IMG/VR virus record: IMGVR_UViG_3300032931_000293
Length of the DNA stretch: 64,000 bases
From: an uncultured virus (IMG/VR IMGVR_UViG_3300032931_000293)
Lineage: Duplodnaviria; Heunggongvirae; Uroviricota; Caudoviricetes
Direction: 5' to 3' (one strand)
A program made the position numbers and the translations under genes. Numbering within the stretch: position 1 is the stretch's first letter; each line of letters starts with the position of its first letter. Of this stretch, positions 1 through 10,095 are shown piece after piece. Under the pieces are notes generated by a model. The model ran no database searches, was not told the origin of the DNA, and saw only the letters and a program-made list of their open reading frames with translations.

Positions 1-116
1 CAGTAGCGGCTATTTCAGCTGGATAACAAACTCAAATAAGTTCAAATAGTACAACCGATACACAACAAACTAATTCTCTTAATACTCTATTTTCTACTTA
101 TGCGAATTCAACTACC

Positions 117-575
117 GTGGCTGCTATTTCAGCTGGATTAGCCACAAAAGATACACAACAAATTAATTCAATTGGTACATTATTTTCTACTTATGCCAAT
201 TCAACTACAGTAGCAGCTATTTCTGCCGGATTGAATACTCGTGCCATAGCTGGTAATTATTTCGTTGCTCTCGCTGATGCTTCATCAATTGCCATAAATG
301 CGGCATTAGGAAACGTATTCACTGTATCTCTAACTGCAACAGGTCATACAATTGCAACACCGTCCAATCCTACTCCCCGTCAAAAAATAACAATAGCTGT
401 TCGTCAAGCCGGAACCGGGTCATATGATTGGACTTGGGATACCGGATATAGATTCGGCACAGATGTTACCGATCCGACGCCATCGACCGCCGTTGGTAAA
501 AATGATTACTACGGATTTTGCTACAACGAAATAGACTCCAAATGGGATTGTCTAGCATACGCAAGAGGATACTAA
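117..575 (+). CDS. Tail-fibre-associated protein, C-terminal part (frame extends to the window edge, interrupted by TAA at 24-26)
   Basis: Repeats TLFSTYANSTTVAAISAGL shared with the 3109 fibre; C-terminal beta domain typical of phage fibre tips. Confidence 0.6.
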   Translation: MAAISAGLATKDTQQINSIGTLFSTYANSTTVAAISAGLNTRAIAGNYFVALADASSIAINAALGNVFTVSLTATGHTIATPSNPTPRQKITIAVRQAGTGSYDWTWDTGYRFGTDVTDPTPSTAVGKNDYYGFCYNEIDSKWDCLAYARGY

Positions 576-576
576 T

Positions 577-825
577 ATGAAAGAATCAAAAGCTTCAGGT
601 GAAATATACATTAAAGATAAAAAAGACAATATATATAATTTAACAACTAGTCAATGTATTGACAAATATAATTTTAATAAGAAAGATCCTATCGTAACAT
701 CATTGGATATGAGAAAAGAAGTAGCGGATTTCCTTAAAATTAAAGAAGAAGATGTGAATATATTTGTAGATTTTGATGGAACTCCTATTAATATGATAAT
801 TAGACATACTCCGGTAAACGCATAA
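577..825 (+). CDS. Hypothetical protein
   Basis: ORF tightly packed in tail operon. Confidence 0.6.
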   Translation: MKESKASGEIYIKDKKDNIYNLTTSQCIDKYNFNKKDPIVTSLDMRKEVADFLKIKEEDVNIFVDFDGTPINMIIRHTPVNA

Positions 826-826
826 A

Positions 827-1957
827 ATGACTATATTATATTTTACTGGATTTGGATGGGGTACATCGGCTCCCGCACAAGCAAGCTCCGGTACTACGGC
901 GATATCGTCGACAACTTATAAATCTCCTCCATATTCACTAAGAATTAATCCTGCTACTACTGCTACGGGATTTTATAATTTGGGGATGCCATCGGCAACT
1001 GGAACATTGGGTGCAATGGGACAATCTGGATCTACATATCATAGATTTTGGTTTTATATAGCAGCGTTACCTTCAGCAACTGAAATAATTGCATCATCTC
1101 GACAAACTGGAGCAGAAAAAATAACTGTTAGATTAAACTCCACGGGAACGTTGGGTTTATATGATAATACCGGAACATTGGTCGGAAATGGATCTACTGT
1201 ATTAGCTACTACTACTTGGTACTTTATAGAATTTATGGCTACCCCTGGTGCTACTACGTCTGCCGCCTCATTGTGGGTTAATAATAATCTTGAAGTTTCA
1301 AGTTCAACGGTTGCTCAAGGTACTGGAACTTGCGACTATCTTAGACTAGGAAAAGTGGCTAACACTAATGGCTCCGGATTTGATTGTTATTATGACAATC
1401 CGCAAATGGGAACTACTCAAGGCGAAGCATATCAAGCACAAGTTGCCGAAATACATCCGGATGCCGATACTTCACCCGCTCAATGGACTGCTGGAACTGC
1501 TCCATCAAATTGGACATCCGTTGATAATATTCCAAATAATACAACAAACTACATTCAATCAACCGGATCAGCCGGCGAAGCCCATACAGTTTCCCTAGAT
1601 TCTCTAGCAACTGCCGGATATGCATCTCCTACTTCCATATACTCTGTTTTTTCGGGCTGGCGAGCGGCGGATGCTATTACGGGTACATCTTCTGTAACAT
1701 GCGCTACAAAAAGTGGATCAACCGTATCATCCCTAGGAGCTAAAGACTTCACAACCGGCGATACATCTACAGTTCAAATTTCTAACACCGACCCGGCTAC
1801 AACGGCGGCTTGGACAGAAACAGCAGTTAATGCAATTGAATTGAGAATTACGGAAGCAAACACTCCACAAGTTAGATGTTTCAGTATGATCGGTGAAGTT
1901 CTTTTATCGCCTGCGGCTGGATTTACCGGTCAATCTAGATTTTTCGCATTCTTCTAA
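827..1957 (+). CDS. Virion/tail protein with lectin-like beta-sandwich
   Basis: T/S/G-rich, WYFIEF...LWVNN pattern of concanavalin/LamG-like domains; tail context. Confidence 0.55.
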   Translation: MTILYFTGFGWGTSAPAQASSGTTAISSTTYKSPPYSLRINPATTATGFYNLGMPSATGTLGAMGQSGSTYHRFWFYIAALPSATEIIASSRQTGAEKITVRLNSTGTLGLYDNTGTLVGNGSTVLATTTWYFIEFMATPGATTSAASLWVNNNLEVSSSTVAQGTGTCDYLRLGKVANTNGSGFDCYYDNPQMGTTQGEAYQAQVAEIHPDADTSPAQWTAGTAPSNWTSVDNIPNNTTNYIQSTGSAGEAHTVSLDSLATAGYASPTSIYSVFSGWRAADAITGTSSVTCATKSGSTVSSLGAKDFTTGDTSTVQISNTDPATTAAWTETAVNAIELRITEANTPQVRCFSMIGEVLLSPAAGFTGQSRFFAFF

Positions 1958-1969
1958 AAGGAAATTAAC

Positions 1970-2290
1970 ATGTCGGATATTTATACAGACCCACAATTGA
2001 TTGAACGCCGTTGGAAAACCGTAATAAAAAAAGTAATTATTATTAATCCATCCACAAATATAGAAAACTCAACTAGAGAATTAATATTTGATATTGAAAA
2101 AGTACCTTATGATAATAACATACCAAAATATGACGAGTCAAAAAAACAATCTCCGTTAAAAATTAATATGGATCAATCCTCGGATATATTTACTATATTT
2201 GATCCAATTACTAGACAAAATATTACTATTTCTACTATTGGGTTATATTCCGCTCTTGAAGAAGCTTTTACTACTTGGATACAAAAATAA
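1970..2290 (+). CDS. Hypothetical tail-region protein
   Basis: AAGGA RBS; operon position. Confidence 0.6.
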   Translation: MSDIYTDPQLIERRWKTVIKKVIIINPSTNIENSTRELIFDIEKVPYDNNIPKYDESKKQSPLKINMDQSSDIFTIFDPITRQNITISTIGLYSALEEAFTTWIQK

Positions 2291-2325
2291 TTCTATTTTT
2301 AATTTATTGATGTTGTTTTGGTTTG

Positions 2326-2333
2326 TATAAATA
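2326..2333 (+). promoter_or_regulatory. T4 gp55-type late promoter TATAAATA
   Basis: Exact motif in intergenic gap before structural genes; recurs at 7488(+), 18617(-), 24421(-), 26066(-), 26827(-), 32640(-), 35690(+), 50835(+). Confidence 0.7.
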
Positions 2334-2367
2334 ATGTATAGAAGTAAAATTAAAAAGAAGGAATTTT

Positions 2368-3096
2368 GTGGAACCCGTAACATTCATCCAAACTTTTACA
2401 CAACTAGTTAATAATAGATCTCAGCAATTTGCTAGAGAAGATATGGGATTGGATTTAATAGGCCAAAACGGTATTGATATAATTCATCCTAATGGAAAAC
2501 AATCCATAATTTCTCTTCATGTAGACCTTTCTGGAAATATATCATCTTCACCTAGTATATTAGAATTTGGGCAAGTAATAACAAGTGTTGTGCTTAATTG
2601 GTCATATAATAAATCTATTATTTCACAATCTTTAAATAACGGGATTGGAGTTTTAAACCCAATATTAACCACCTATACACACTCTCCAATATTAATAAAT
2701 AGTAATACTACATATACACTAACATCAAATGATGGTTATACAACAATAACCCCTTCGGCAAATATAACATACTATCATAGAAGATATTGGGGGGTTTCAA
2801 CTAACTCTTCGCTAACTTCAACCGAAATTAAACTTGGTTCATCGGATTTAAGTAATTCTAAAACAAAAAATATAACTTTTGATTGCACGGGCGGAAGAAG
2901 ATTTTGGTATGCGTATCCCGCATCATTTGGGTATTCTAATGTAACCGTAAACGGGTTTCCTTTTTCTGGATGGATTGGTGGAACATACCCTCAAACCATT
3001 TCTATTACAAATTCTTATGGGTATACAGAAAACTACTATTATTATATGGTTAATAATATTCAAAATGGTTCTTCTATATCAACGGCATTTGCCTAA
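2368..3096 (+). CDS. Virion structural protein (Ig-like, YAYP motif)
   Basis: Late promoter; beta-rich; FWYAYPASFG motif seen in large-phage structural proteins. Confidence 0.55.
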   Translation: MEPVTFIQTFTQLVNNRSQQFAREDMGLDLIGQNGIDIIHPNGKQSIISLHVDLSGNISSSPSILEFGQVITSVVLNWSYNKSIISQSLNNGIGVLNPILTTYTHSPILINSNTTYTLTSNDGYTTITPSANITYYHRRYWGVSTNSSLTSTEIKLGSSDLSNSKTKNITFDCTGGRRFWYAYPASFGYSNVTVNGFPFSGWIGGTYPQTISITNSYGYTENYYYYMVNNIQNGSSISTAFA

Positions 3097-3108
3097 AGGA
3101 TACAATAA

Positions 3109-6100
3109 ATGACAGATATAGCCGGCACGAGAATAATAGATAAGATAGTGCCATACGATAGTAATGATACTTATCCAACGCATTCAGAAATATATGGACA
3201 GGGTGGATGGAGAACCGTAGCAAATATAACGGCCAGAGATGCTATAACAACGGATAGAAGAATTGTTGGAATGCTTGTTAATGTTCTAAGTAATTCTACC
3301 GTATATGAATTGGTTGGCGGTATAACTAATAGTAATTGGCAAATATATAATCCAAAAGCATCAATAAGTACTTTAACGGATGTATTCCTTACTAATGTAC
3401 AACCAGGCCAAACATTAATAACAGACGGAATTAATTGGTATAATGCAAATTCAAGTGTTGGCCCTTCAATAAGTGCGGGGGAATCATTATCTCAAGGCTC
3501 TATACCACTAGATACTATTTCTCAAAAATATACTATACTTCATTCAACTTTACCAGCATTATCCGCCGGATCTCCAATTGTTTCTCTACAAATACCAACA
3601 TCCGCCGACAATCTATTAGAATTGGCCATTCTCAATAGAACTTTAAGTTCTTTTGATGTTATATTATCTCAAATTCCCGATACTATAGGATACTATATAA
3701 ATTGGTCATTGGGAATTGGGGGTGGAATATTAATTAGCGAAGGTGCCGACAATATAACCATACTAGAGGGATTTGGAATAAGTTCAATTGAATCGCCAAC
3801 AAATACATTTACAATATCAGTAACCGGGATAGATACACAAGCTAACACAAACGATATTAATACATTATTTTCTACTTATGCCAATTCCACAACTGTTGAA
3901 TCTATTTCGAGCGGTTTACAAGCTCAATTAAATAATGTGGTTCATTTATCTGGAGATGAAGTAATTAGTGGATCAAAGAAGTTTATTAATGGAATTGAAG
4001 ATAATATTACATTGAATGGTGCCTTCCCAACTGGAGATGAAAACGGGTATATTACAAATTTCAACTCCTTTATTGATATTACGTCAGATGAGTCGGGATC
4101 TTTAAATGATATTAAACCTATTTGCACCCACATTAATATAGTTAACTCGGGAACGCAAGAACAACATTATAGTGTAATAAATTCCATTTGCCCGGATAAA
4201 ATCAATCTATCTAGTTCTTCTACGGGAACTATAGTATCAAATACTATATTTAATTATAGATCCAATGCGATAGAAACAGATAGCAGTGTATCTATTAATA
4301 ATGCGGGTGGGATGTACCTTGAAGGAAATGATTTTGGAGGTCCCGTTAAAAATCTTTATCAAGCGGGATTCGCTGGTAATTATTCTTCAAATACAATAAC
4401 AAATGCGTATGGGATATACTCTGGCGCTGATACGTATAATGGTACAATTTCGGCATCATATAAATTGTACTTAGCTACTAATAATTTCATAGTACCAATT
4501 GATGAGAATTACGGTATATATCAAGAAGATCCAACCGCTAAAAATTATTTTGGCGGAAACGTTGAAGTTAAAGGTGACATGATAGTTAGCGGGACACAAT
4601 TTATAGTCAACTCGGAAACTATTTCTGCCGCAGATAATCTTATTATTGTAAATGGTGGAGAAATTGGAACCGGTGTAACTCGTGGTGTTGCTGGAATTGA
4701 GGTTGAAAGAGGAACTGCTCCTAATTATATGTTTAACTTTGAGGAAGCACGTTCCGGATTCACGGTCGGCATGTCTGGGCAAACTCAATTAGTTGCTACC
4801 CGTGTTGATGTCCCTATAGCAGACGGGATTGCTCAATGGGATTCAGCAAAATATAAATTCTATACAGTTCCTAATTCTACATATACAAATTCTTCAATAA
4901 CTTCTGCAATTTCTGCTGGATTAAATACACAAATACAACAAATTTCGGGTTCTATACATAATTATGTTAATAAGTTTGGCGACACGGTTATAGGAGTTCT
5001 AACTATATCGGGAAGCAATGCCTTCATTACTACTATTAGAGGTTCGGGCACGAACAATGAGGCTTTTGGTAATGGGGCATTGGCCAATCTTACTACAGGC
5101 TCGGATAATACGGGTATCGGTTATCAAGCCCTTAATAATATTTCTATAAGTACAAAAAATACTGCCGTTGGTAGTGGAGCACTCGCTATCCTTTCTGGTA
5201 CTAGTAATAGTAATACTGCTGTTGGATATCAATCCTTAAATAAAACCGGAGCAAGTAACAACACTGCGGTCGGCTACTTAACAAATAGAAATAATACTTC
5301 TGGTATTGATAATTGCTCATTTGGGTGGACATCTATGTCATCCAATACAATTGGCCAGCAAAATTCCGCTTTTGGATCAACTTCATTATCATCTAATACT
5401 ATTGGAAGCGATAACGTTGTGATTGGATATGGCGCTATTAAAGCCGGAACAAACGGAAGCCAAAACACGGTAGTTGGAACTACCACTTTATATAACGGTA
5501 CAACCCATAATGATAATGCTATAGTTGGATGGTCGGCATTAACATCAAGTAATGGTACTTACAATAATTCTATAGTTGGAAGTAGAGCACTTTATTTTAA
5601 TACTACCGGTCACGAAAATACAGCAATTGGATATAGAGCACTTTATACCAATATAACCGGAAATTATAACGTTGTAATCGGAAATAATGCGGCTTACAAC
5701 GAATTAGGATCTAATAAGTTCTACGTTGACTCTACGACATCAACAAATGGAACTTCTAGTACTGCTCTTATGTATGGAGATTTCACAACAGGCCAATTGT
5801 ATAATAAAGGAAGTTTGTTGCTTACTACGGCGAACATCACTGGAAGTACTTCATATTATACTCTAAAATCCGGCGACACGATGACCGGAAAACTTAATAT
5901 TAATATCGGCGGGACACCCCCCGATTGGTCAATTATCCCAATTACAGGGTTGCAATTAGTAGGAGAAACGGCAATACAAAAAGGCATATCGGTATATTCT
6001 ACGGCTATTAATAATTTTGGAATGAGGTGTTATACATCCGAAGGAACCGTGGAAAATCCAACACCAGTCTCTAGCGGACGAATAATAGGGCAATTTAGTG

Positions 6101-7122
6101 CGCTTGGAATGTCAAATCCATCAATTACTGGTAGTACGAGATATCGTGGGGCTTCACTAAACTGGACTACATTAGGCAATTGGACAGATACTTATATTCC
6201 GACATCTTGCAATATTGGATATAATACGAGTGGAGCAACGGCGTCTTGGATATCGGCAAACGGGCTAAATCAAAACGTTACTATGTATCAACCATTAATA
6301 ATTGATACGGGAACCGCCTCGGGTACATTACCAACAAAATTATCATTCGTAGAGGCAACTATAGCTAGTCCAGATGGAGTATCGTCCGGGTTAGAATTCA
6401 TTTCCCATTCCGCAACATCCGGAATTATTGCAGGCCGAAACATAGGTGGAACTAGAGCCTCGCCAACTGACACTAATGCTAGTATGGCGTTGTTTCAAAT
6501 TGCTGGATACGGCAGAGCCAATGGAATAGATACTAGTTCTTCCTCCGCATTATTACGAGCATTTTCCGATGGTGCATGGGGTCCGACAAATACTGGAACA
6601 TATTTGACATACGAAGGAACTCCCGCTGGAACAACTACTAGAGGTGAGTGGTTTAGACTCCAAAATGGTAGTACTATAGTAGGAACCGATCCAAGTCCAA
6701 GCGGTTCGGATAAATTAAAGGTTGGCGGTAATGTTTTAATTGGCGGAACTACCACTTCAGAAATTAATTTAACTTCTTCAACGGATCCGGTTAATTTAAG
6801 GATATTAGCGTCAAGTGATTGGAATCAAGCATTAATCGGTACGACTACAAATCACGATCTTAAATTCATGGCCAATGGGTTAGATTGTGGTGGATTTGAT
6901 ACTAATCAGGAGCTAAACCTATATAGTTTAGCAGCGGATGAGGCTCATTTAGGAGGTGATCCTGGTGGAACCGATCTATTAAGGGTTGGTGGGGCTATTC
7001 GAATGGGGGTTTCTAGTAGTGTTCCGGATACTATTACCGATACTGGATCTATGTTTGTTTCCGGTGGTGCTTTGTACTTTAGAGGTGGTGCGGGTACAAT
7101 TACTAAAATAGCTAACGCATAA
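3109..7122 (+). CDS. Long tail fibre / adhesin
   Basis: 1337 aa, G/S/T/N-rich, about 14-aa NxAxGxxAL repeats (YadA/Hep-Hag-like head), coiled-coil spacers. Confidence 0.75.
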   Translation: MTDIAGTRIIDKIVPYDSNDTYPTHSEIYGQGGWRTVANITARDAITTDRRIVGMLVNVLSNSTVYELVGGITNSNWQIYNPKASISTLTDVFLTNVQPGQTLITDGINWYNANSSVGPSISAGESLSQGSIPLDTISQKYTILHSTLPALSAGSPIVSLQIPTSADNLLELAILNRTLSSFDVILSQIPDTIGYYINWSLGIGGGILISEGADNITILEGFGISSIESPTNTFTISVTGIDTQANTNDINTLFSTYANSTTVESISSGLQAQLNNVVHLSGDEVISGSKKFINGIEDNITLNGAFPTGDENGYITNFNSFIDITSDESGSLNDIKPICTHINIVNSGTQEQHYSVINSICPDKINLSSSSTGTIVSNTIFNYRSNAIETDSSVSINNAGGMYLEGNDFGGPVKNLYQAGFAGNYSSNTITNAYGIYSGADTYNGTISASYKLYLATNNFIVPIDENYGIYQEDPTAKNYFGGNVEVKGDMIVSGTQFIVNSETISAADNLIIVNGGEIGTGVTRGVAGIEVERGTAPNYMFNFEEARSGFTVGMSGQTQLVATRVDVPIADGIAQWDSAKYKFYTVPNSTYTNSSITSAISAGLNTQIQQISGSIHNYVNKFGDTVIGVLTISGSNAFITTIRGSGTNNEAFGNGALANLTTGSDNTGIGYQALNNISISTKNTAVGSGALAILSGTSNSNTAVGYQSLNKTGASNNTAVGYLTNRNNTSGIDNCSFGWTSMSSNTIGQQNSAFGSTSLSSNTIGSDNVVIGYGAIKAGTNGSQNTVVGTTTLYNGTTHNDNAIVGWSALTSSNGTYNNSIVGSRALYFNTTGHENTAIGYRALYTNITGNYNVVIGNNAAYNELGSNKFYVDSTTSTNGTSSTALMYGDFTTGQLYNKGSLLLTTANITGSTSYYTLKSGDTMTGKLNINIGGTPPDWSIIPITGLQLVGETAIQKGISVYSTAINNFGMRCYTSEGTVENPTPVSSGRIIGQFSALGMSNPSITGSTRYRGASLNWTTLGNWTDTYIPTSCNIGYNTSGATASWISANGLNQNVTMYQPLIIDTGTASGTLPTKLSFVEATIASPDGVSSGLEFISHSATSGIIAGRNIGGTRASPTDTNASMALFQIAGYGRANGIDTSSSSALLRAFSDGAWGPTNTGTYLTYEGTPAGTTTRGEWFRLQNGSTIVGTDPSPSGSDKLKVGGNVLIGGTTTSEINLTSSTDPVNLRILASSDWNQALIGTTTNHDLKFMANGLDCGGFDTNQELNLYSLAADEAHLGGDPGGTDLLRVGGAIRMGVSSSVPDTITDTGSMFVSGGALYFRGGAGTITKIANA

Positions 7123-7146
7123 TTTATGATATAATGAGTTAAAAGG

Positions 7147-7521
7147 ATGTATATGAATATTTTTATACTTATTTTATTAGCATTTGGTTTAACTAAAATA
7201 GTTAATTCGGGGTCTATTTTTAATCCGCTTAAAGAATATCTAACTAATAAAAATTATAATATAATAGTAACTTTATTGAATTGCCCGTTGTGTTTTGGAT
7301 TTTGGGTTGGTGCATTAATAGGTTACTTATATGGTCCTTTCTATTGTTGGAATATATTATTTAATGGAGCTTTTTATTCTGGATGTGTATGGTTGCTAAC
7401 TTGTATAACTCAATATCTTGGGAATGGATATGATCCAAATAGGTCAATAGTAGTTAATTTTGATAGCCAATTAGAAATTAAAAATGATATAAATAAAGGT
7501 AAGCAAGTTCTAAAGGGCTAA
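7147..7521 (+). CDS. DUF1360-like membrane protein
   Basis: Hydrophobic helices with CPLCFGFWVG motif. Confidence 0.6.
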   Translation: MYMNIFILILLAFGLTKIVNSGSIFNPLKEYLTNKNYNIIVTLLNCPLCFGFWVGALIGYLYGPFYCWNILFNGAFYSGCVWLLTCITQYLGNGYDPNRSIVVNFDSQLEIKNDINKGKQVLKG

Positions 7522-7523
7522 AA

Positions 7524-8009
7524 ATGAATACAAATATTCAACAAATAATGAGAGAAAGCCTATATGGTAGTCCAACATTACCACAATCGGCTCAAAGTAC
7601 CTTTAGCCCTTCCCCATTTAGAAGTGGTAGCCAAGCCGACCCGAATTATAACTTTCAAATAGGAACCGCAGAATTCGGATTTTCATTAACGGACGAAGAA
7701 TTAAACAATGCAATGAAGCAAATTGAGCCTTTATTGAATAGTTTAGGCGTTCAATATTGGTCGGTTAATCAAACGGATAAAGTATTAAATATTTCTGTTA
7801 ATAATGAGAATATCGATAAAGCAAAAGATTTATTAAATAAGTATGGATTTATATTCAATAATAAGACTTTTGGTGGAGAGCCAAGAACGCCAGATATGAA
7901 CTCTACCCCAAAACTCACCGCTTACGGAAGAGAAGCTGGACAAAATAGTGCATTTGGTGGTGGTGGTCTACTTAATGGCTATCCAATTGATAGATTAGCC
8001 GGCGAATAA
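7524..8009 (+). CDS. Late protein, possibly an internal head protein
   Basis: TATAAATA at 7488; N-terminal IMRE segment. Confidence 0.5.
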   Translation: MNTNIQQIMRESLYGSPTLPQSAQSTFSPSPFRSGSQADPNYNFQIGTAEFGFSLTDEELNNAMKQIEPLLNSLGVQYWSVNQTDKVLNISVNNENIDKAKDLLNKYGFIFNNKTFGGEPRTPDMNSTPKLTAYGREAGQNSAFGGGGLLNGYPIDRLAGE

Positions 8010-8089
8010 AATAATTAATTTATTATTGAGATAGTTGTTGACTTTATTAAAAAGTTAATTATAATATATTTAAGAAAGGAAATGACACT

Positions 8090-8296
8090 ATGAGTATAGT
8101 AGCACAAAGCGGAATTGATCAACTTATCAATAAGATTGAATCAACCGAACTAAAAGTAAAACAACTACATCCTAGTAAAAAGGGAAAGGTATTAATAGCA
8201 AATGCTAAACAAGCAGTTGACTATGAGTTTGGTAGAGATATTAACCAAATGGAATGGGCAGTAAGATATCTTCAAGAGTTAGATAAAATTCTTTGA
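8090..8296 (+). CDS. Hypothetical protein, monocistronic
   Basis: TTGACT-16-TATAAT upstream, AAGGA RBS, terminator downstream. Confidence 0.65.
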   Translation: MSIVAQSGIDQLINKIESTELKVKQLHPSKKGKVLIANAKQAVDYEFGRDINQMEWAVRYLQELDKIL

Positions 8297-8316
8297 AGTT
8301 ACTTCAAAGCACCTTT

Positions 8317-8348
8317 AAATCCTCGGAATAAACTTCCGAGGATTTTTT
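8317..8348 (+). terminator. Intrinsic terminator
   Basis: AAATCCTCGGAA/TTCCGAGGATTT stem plus T tract. Confidence 0.75.
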
Positions 8349-8386
8349 GTTTTGTGATATAATTGGGAAAATAAAGGAATACAATT

Positions 8387-8740
8387 ATGCACACTATAAT
8401 ATTAAAAAAAATAATAGAACACGTCCCGGAAGTATCTTATAAAATTGATGCTATTGACATCCACCCAAGTATGCTAAATGGACTAATTCCAATTTCAACA
8501 CCATGTTTCTTAAATGAAAAACGGAGGAATTCTACTTGTTCGTCTATTGGACTAGAATTACCTATAAGTATTAGTGACGTTGAGGGTAGCGAACTTTATG
8601 TTGTTTTTAATGCTATTGAGGAAATTATAAGATATAAATCTGAATGGAATTATCTATATAATATTACCATAATAGAAGATAGATTAAAAGAGGTTACTAA
8701 AGGATTACCGGGAATCAAAGTAATTATAAGAGGGGCTTAA
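8387..8740 (+). CDS. Hypothetical protein
   Basis: RBS; first gene of operon. Confidence 0.6.
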   Translation: MHTIILKKIIEHVPEVSYKIDAIDIHPSMLNGLIPISTPCFLNEKRRNSTCSSIGLELPISISDVEGSELYVVFNAIEEIIRYKSEWNYLYNITIIEDRLKEVTKGLPGIKVIIRGA

Positions 8741-8741
8741 T

Positions 8742-9548
8742 ATGCTTGGAATTATCCTTGCTGGCGGATTCGGAAAACGTTTATTAAGTTCTACAAGAAC
8801 TATTAATAAGCATCTTTTACCAATTTACTCAAAATCGGACGGTTCAACTCCGATGATATTTTATCCAATTAACACATTGATAAAATCTGGCGTTAAAAAG
8901 ATATTAATTATAACTTCGGATGAAGCCGCCGGACTAATGGTAGAAACGTTGGGGGATGGCAAGAGATTTGGAAAAGATATAGATTTTACCTATAAAATTC
9001 AAAATATGCACGATGAAACTCGACCATGCGGTATAGCATCGGCCCTCAAATTATGCGAAGATTTCACTAGAGGCGAACCATTTGCTGTTATTTTAGGTGA
9101 TAATTTTTATGAAGATTCATTCAAAAATGAGTTTGAAATATTTGAAAATAAATTTATAGATACCTATAGAAATTATTTGGGAAGTCTCTTTTCACAAGTT
9201 TTCCTTAAAGAAGTTGATGATCCTCAAAGATTTGGGGTTGCTACTTTGGTAGATGGAAAAGTTACAAAAATAATTGAGAAGCCTAAAGAACCAGAAAGTA
9301 ATTATGCGGTTAGTGGGCTATATCTATTTACCCCACATGTATATTCTTTATTAAAAGATTTAAAAGTTTCTGCTCGTGGGGAGTTAGAGGTTAGTGATAT
9401 CACAGATTGGTACTCTAAAGGTGGTACAATGCTCTCCGCAACCATAATTCCAAAATATTGGTCAGATATGGGTATCCCAGAATCTATGCTTAAGACTACC
9501 GACTATATAAATAAAATTGACTATAAATTAGATTTCTTAAGGGCTTAA
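8742..9548 (+). CDS. rmlA: Glucose-1-phosphate thymidylyltransferase (RmlA-like)
   Basis: GIILAGGFGKRL, NKHLLPI, LGDN, FGVA, EKP, SARGELE motifs. Confidence 0.85.
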   Translation: MLGIILAGGFGKRLLSSTRTINKHLLPIYSKSDGSTPMIFYPINTLIKSGVKKILIITSDEAAGLMVETLGDGKRFGKDIDFTYKIQNMHDETRPCGIASALKLCEDFTRGEPFAVILGDNFYEDSFKNEFEIFENKFIDTYRNYLGSLFSQVFLKEVDDPQRFGVATLVDGKVTKIIEKPKEPESNYAVSGLYLFTPHVYSLLKDLKVSARGELEVSDITDWYSKGGTMLSATIIPKYWSDMGIPESMLKTTDYINKIDYKLDFLRA

Positions 9549-9549
9549 A

Positions 9550-10017
9550 ATGAAATATAGAAACACTTCTGGATTAAAACAAATTGCAATTATCAATGGG
9601 AAGAAAGAGATTGTTCCTAATGGGGTAGTAATTGAAGTTGAAAAAGAATTCATTCATCCCGCATTTGAAAGAGTTGATGAAGATACTCAAGCAACTTTTA
9701 AAAAATTAGTCCCAAAATTTGTTAAGAATGATACAATAAACTCGTTACAAAAACAATTATCAGATATTCAACAAAGTAGCGAAGGATTGGCTTCGTCGGT
9801 TTCGGAGTCAATTAGTAAACAACTTGAAGAGTTATCGCAAAGATTATCTCAAGTAGAAACTCGTAATGAAATAGAAACTTTAACTAAAATGTGTGAAGAA
9901 AAGTTTACTATGGTCTTTAAGAGACTTGAAATACTTAAAAATGCCGTTCAAACTATAGAACTTGAAGTTGATCAGGCATTGTATGGTGAAGAGGGTGATA
10001 CCACTAAAAGTAGATGA
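9550..10017 (+). CDS. Coiled-coil hypothetical protein
   Basis: Heptad-rich C-terminal half. Confidence 0.6.
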   Translation: MKYRNTSGLKQIAIINGKKEIVPNGVVIEVEKEFIHPAFERVDEDTQATFKKLVPKFVKNDTINSLQKQLSDIQQSSEGLASSVSESISKQLEELSQRLSQVETRNEIETLTKMCEEKFTMVFKRLEILKNAVQTIELEVDQALYGEEGDTTKSR

Positions 10018-10095
10018 GGAGTTCTTCGTTATTTTAGATGATGACTTGATTTTGGACTTAAATGACTTATAATTTCCTCAAATAAAAGGGAAATT

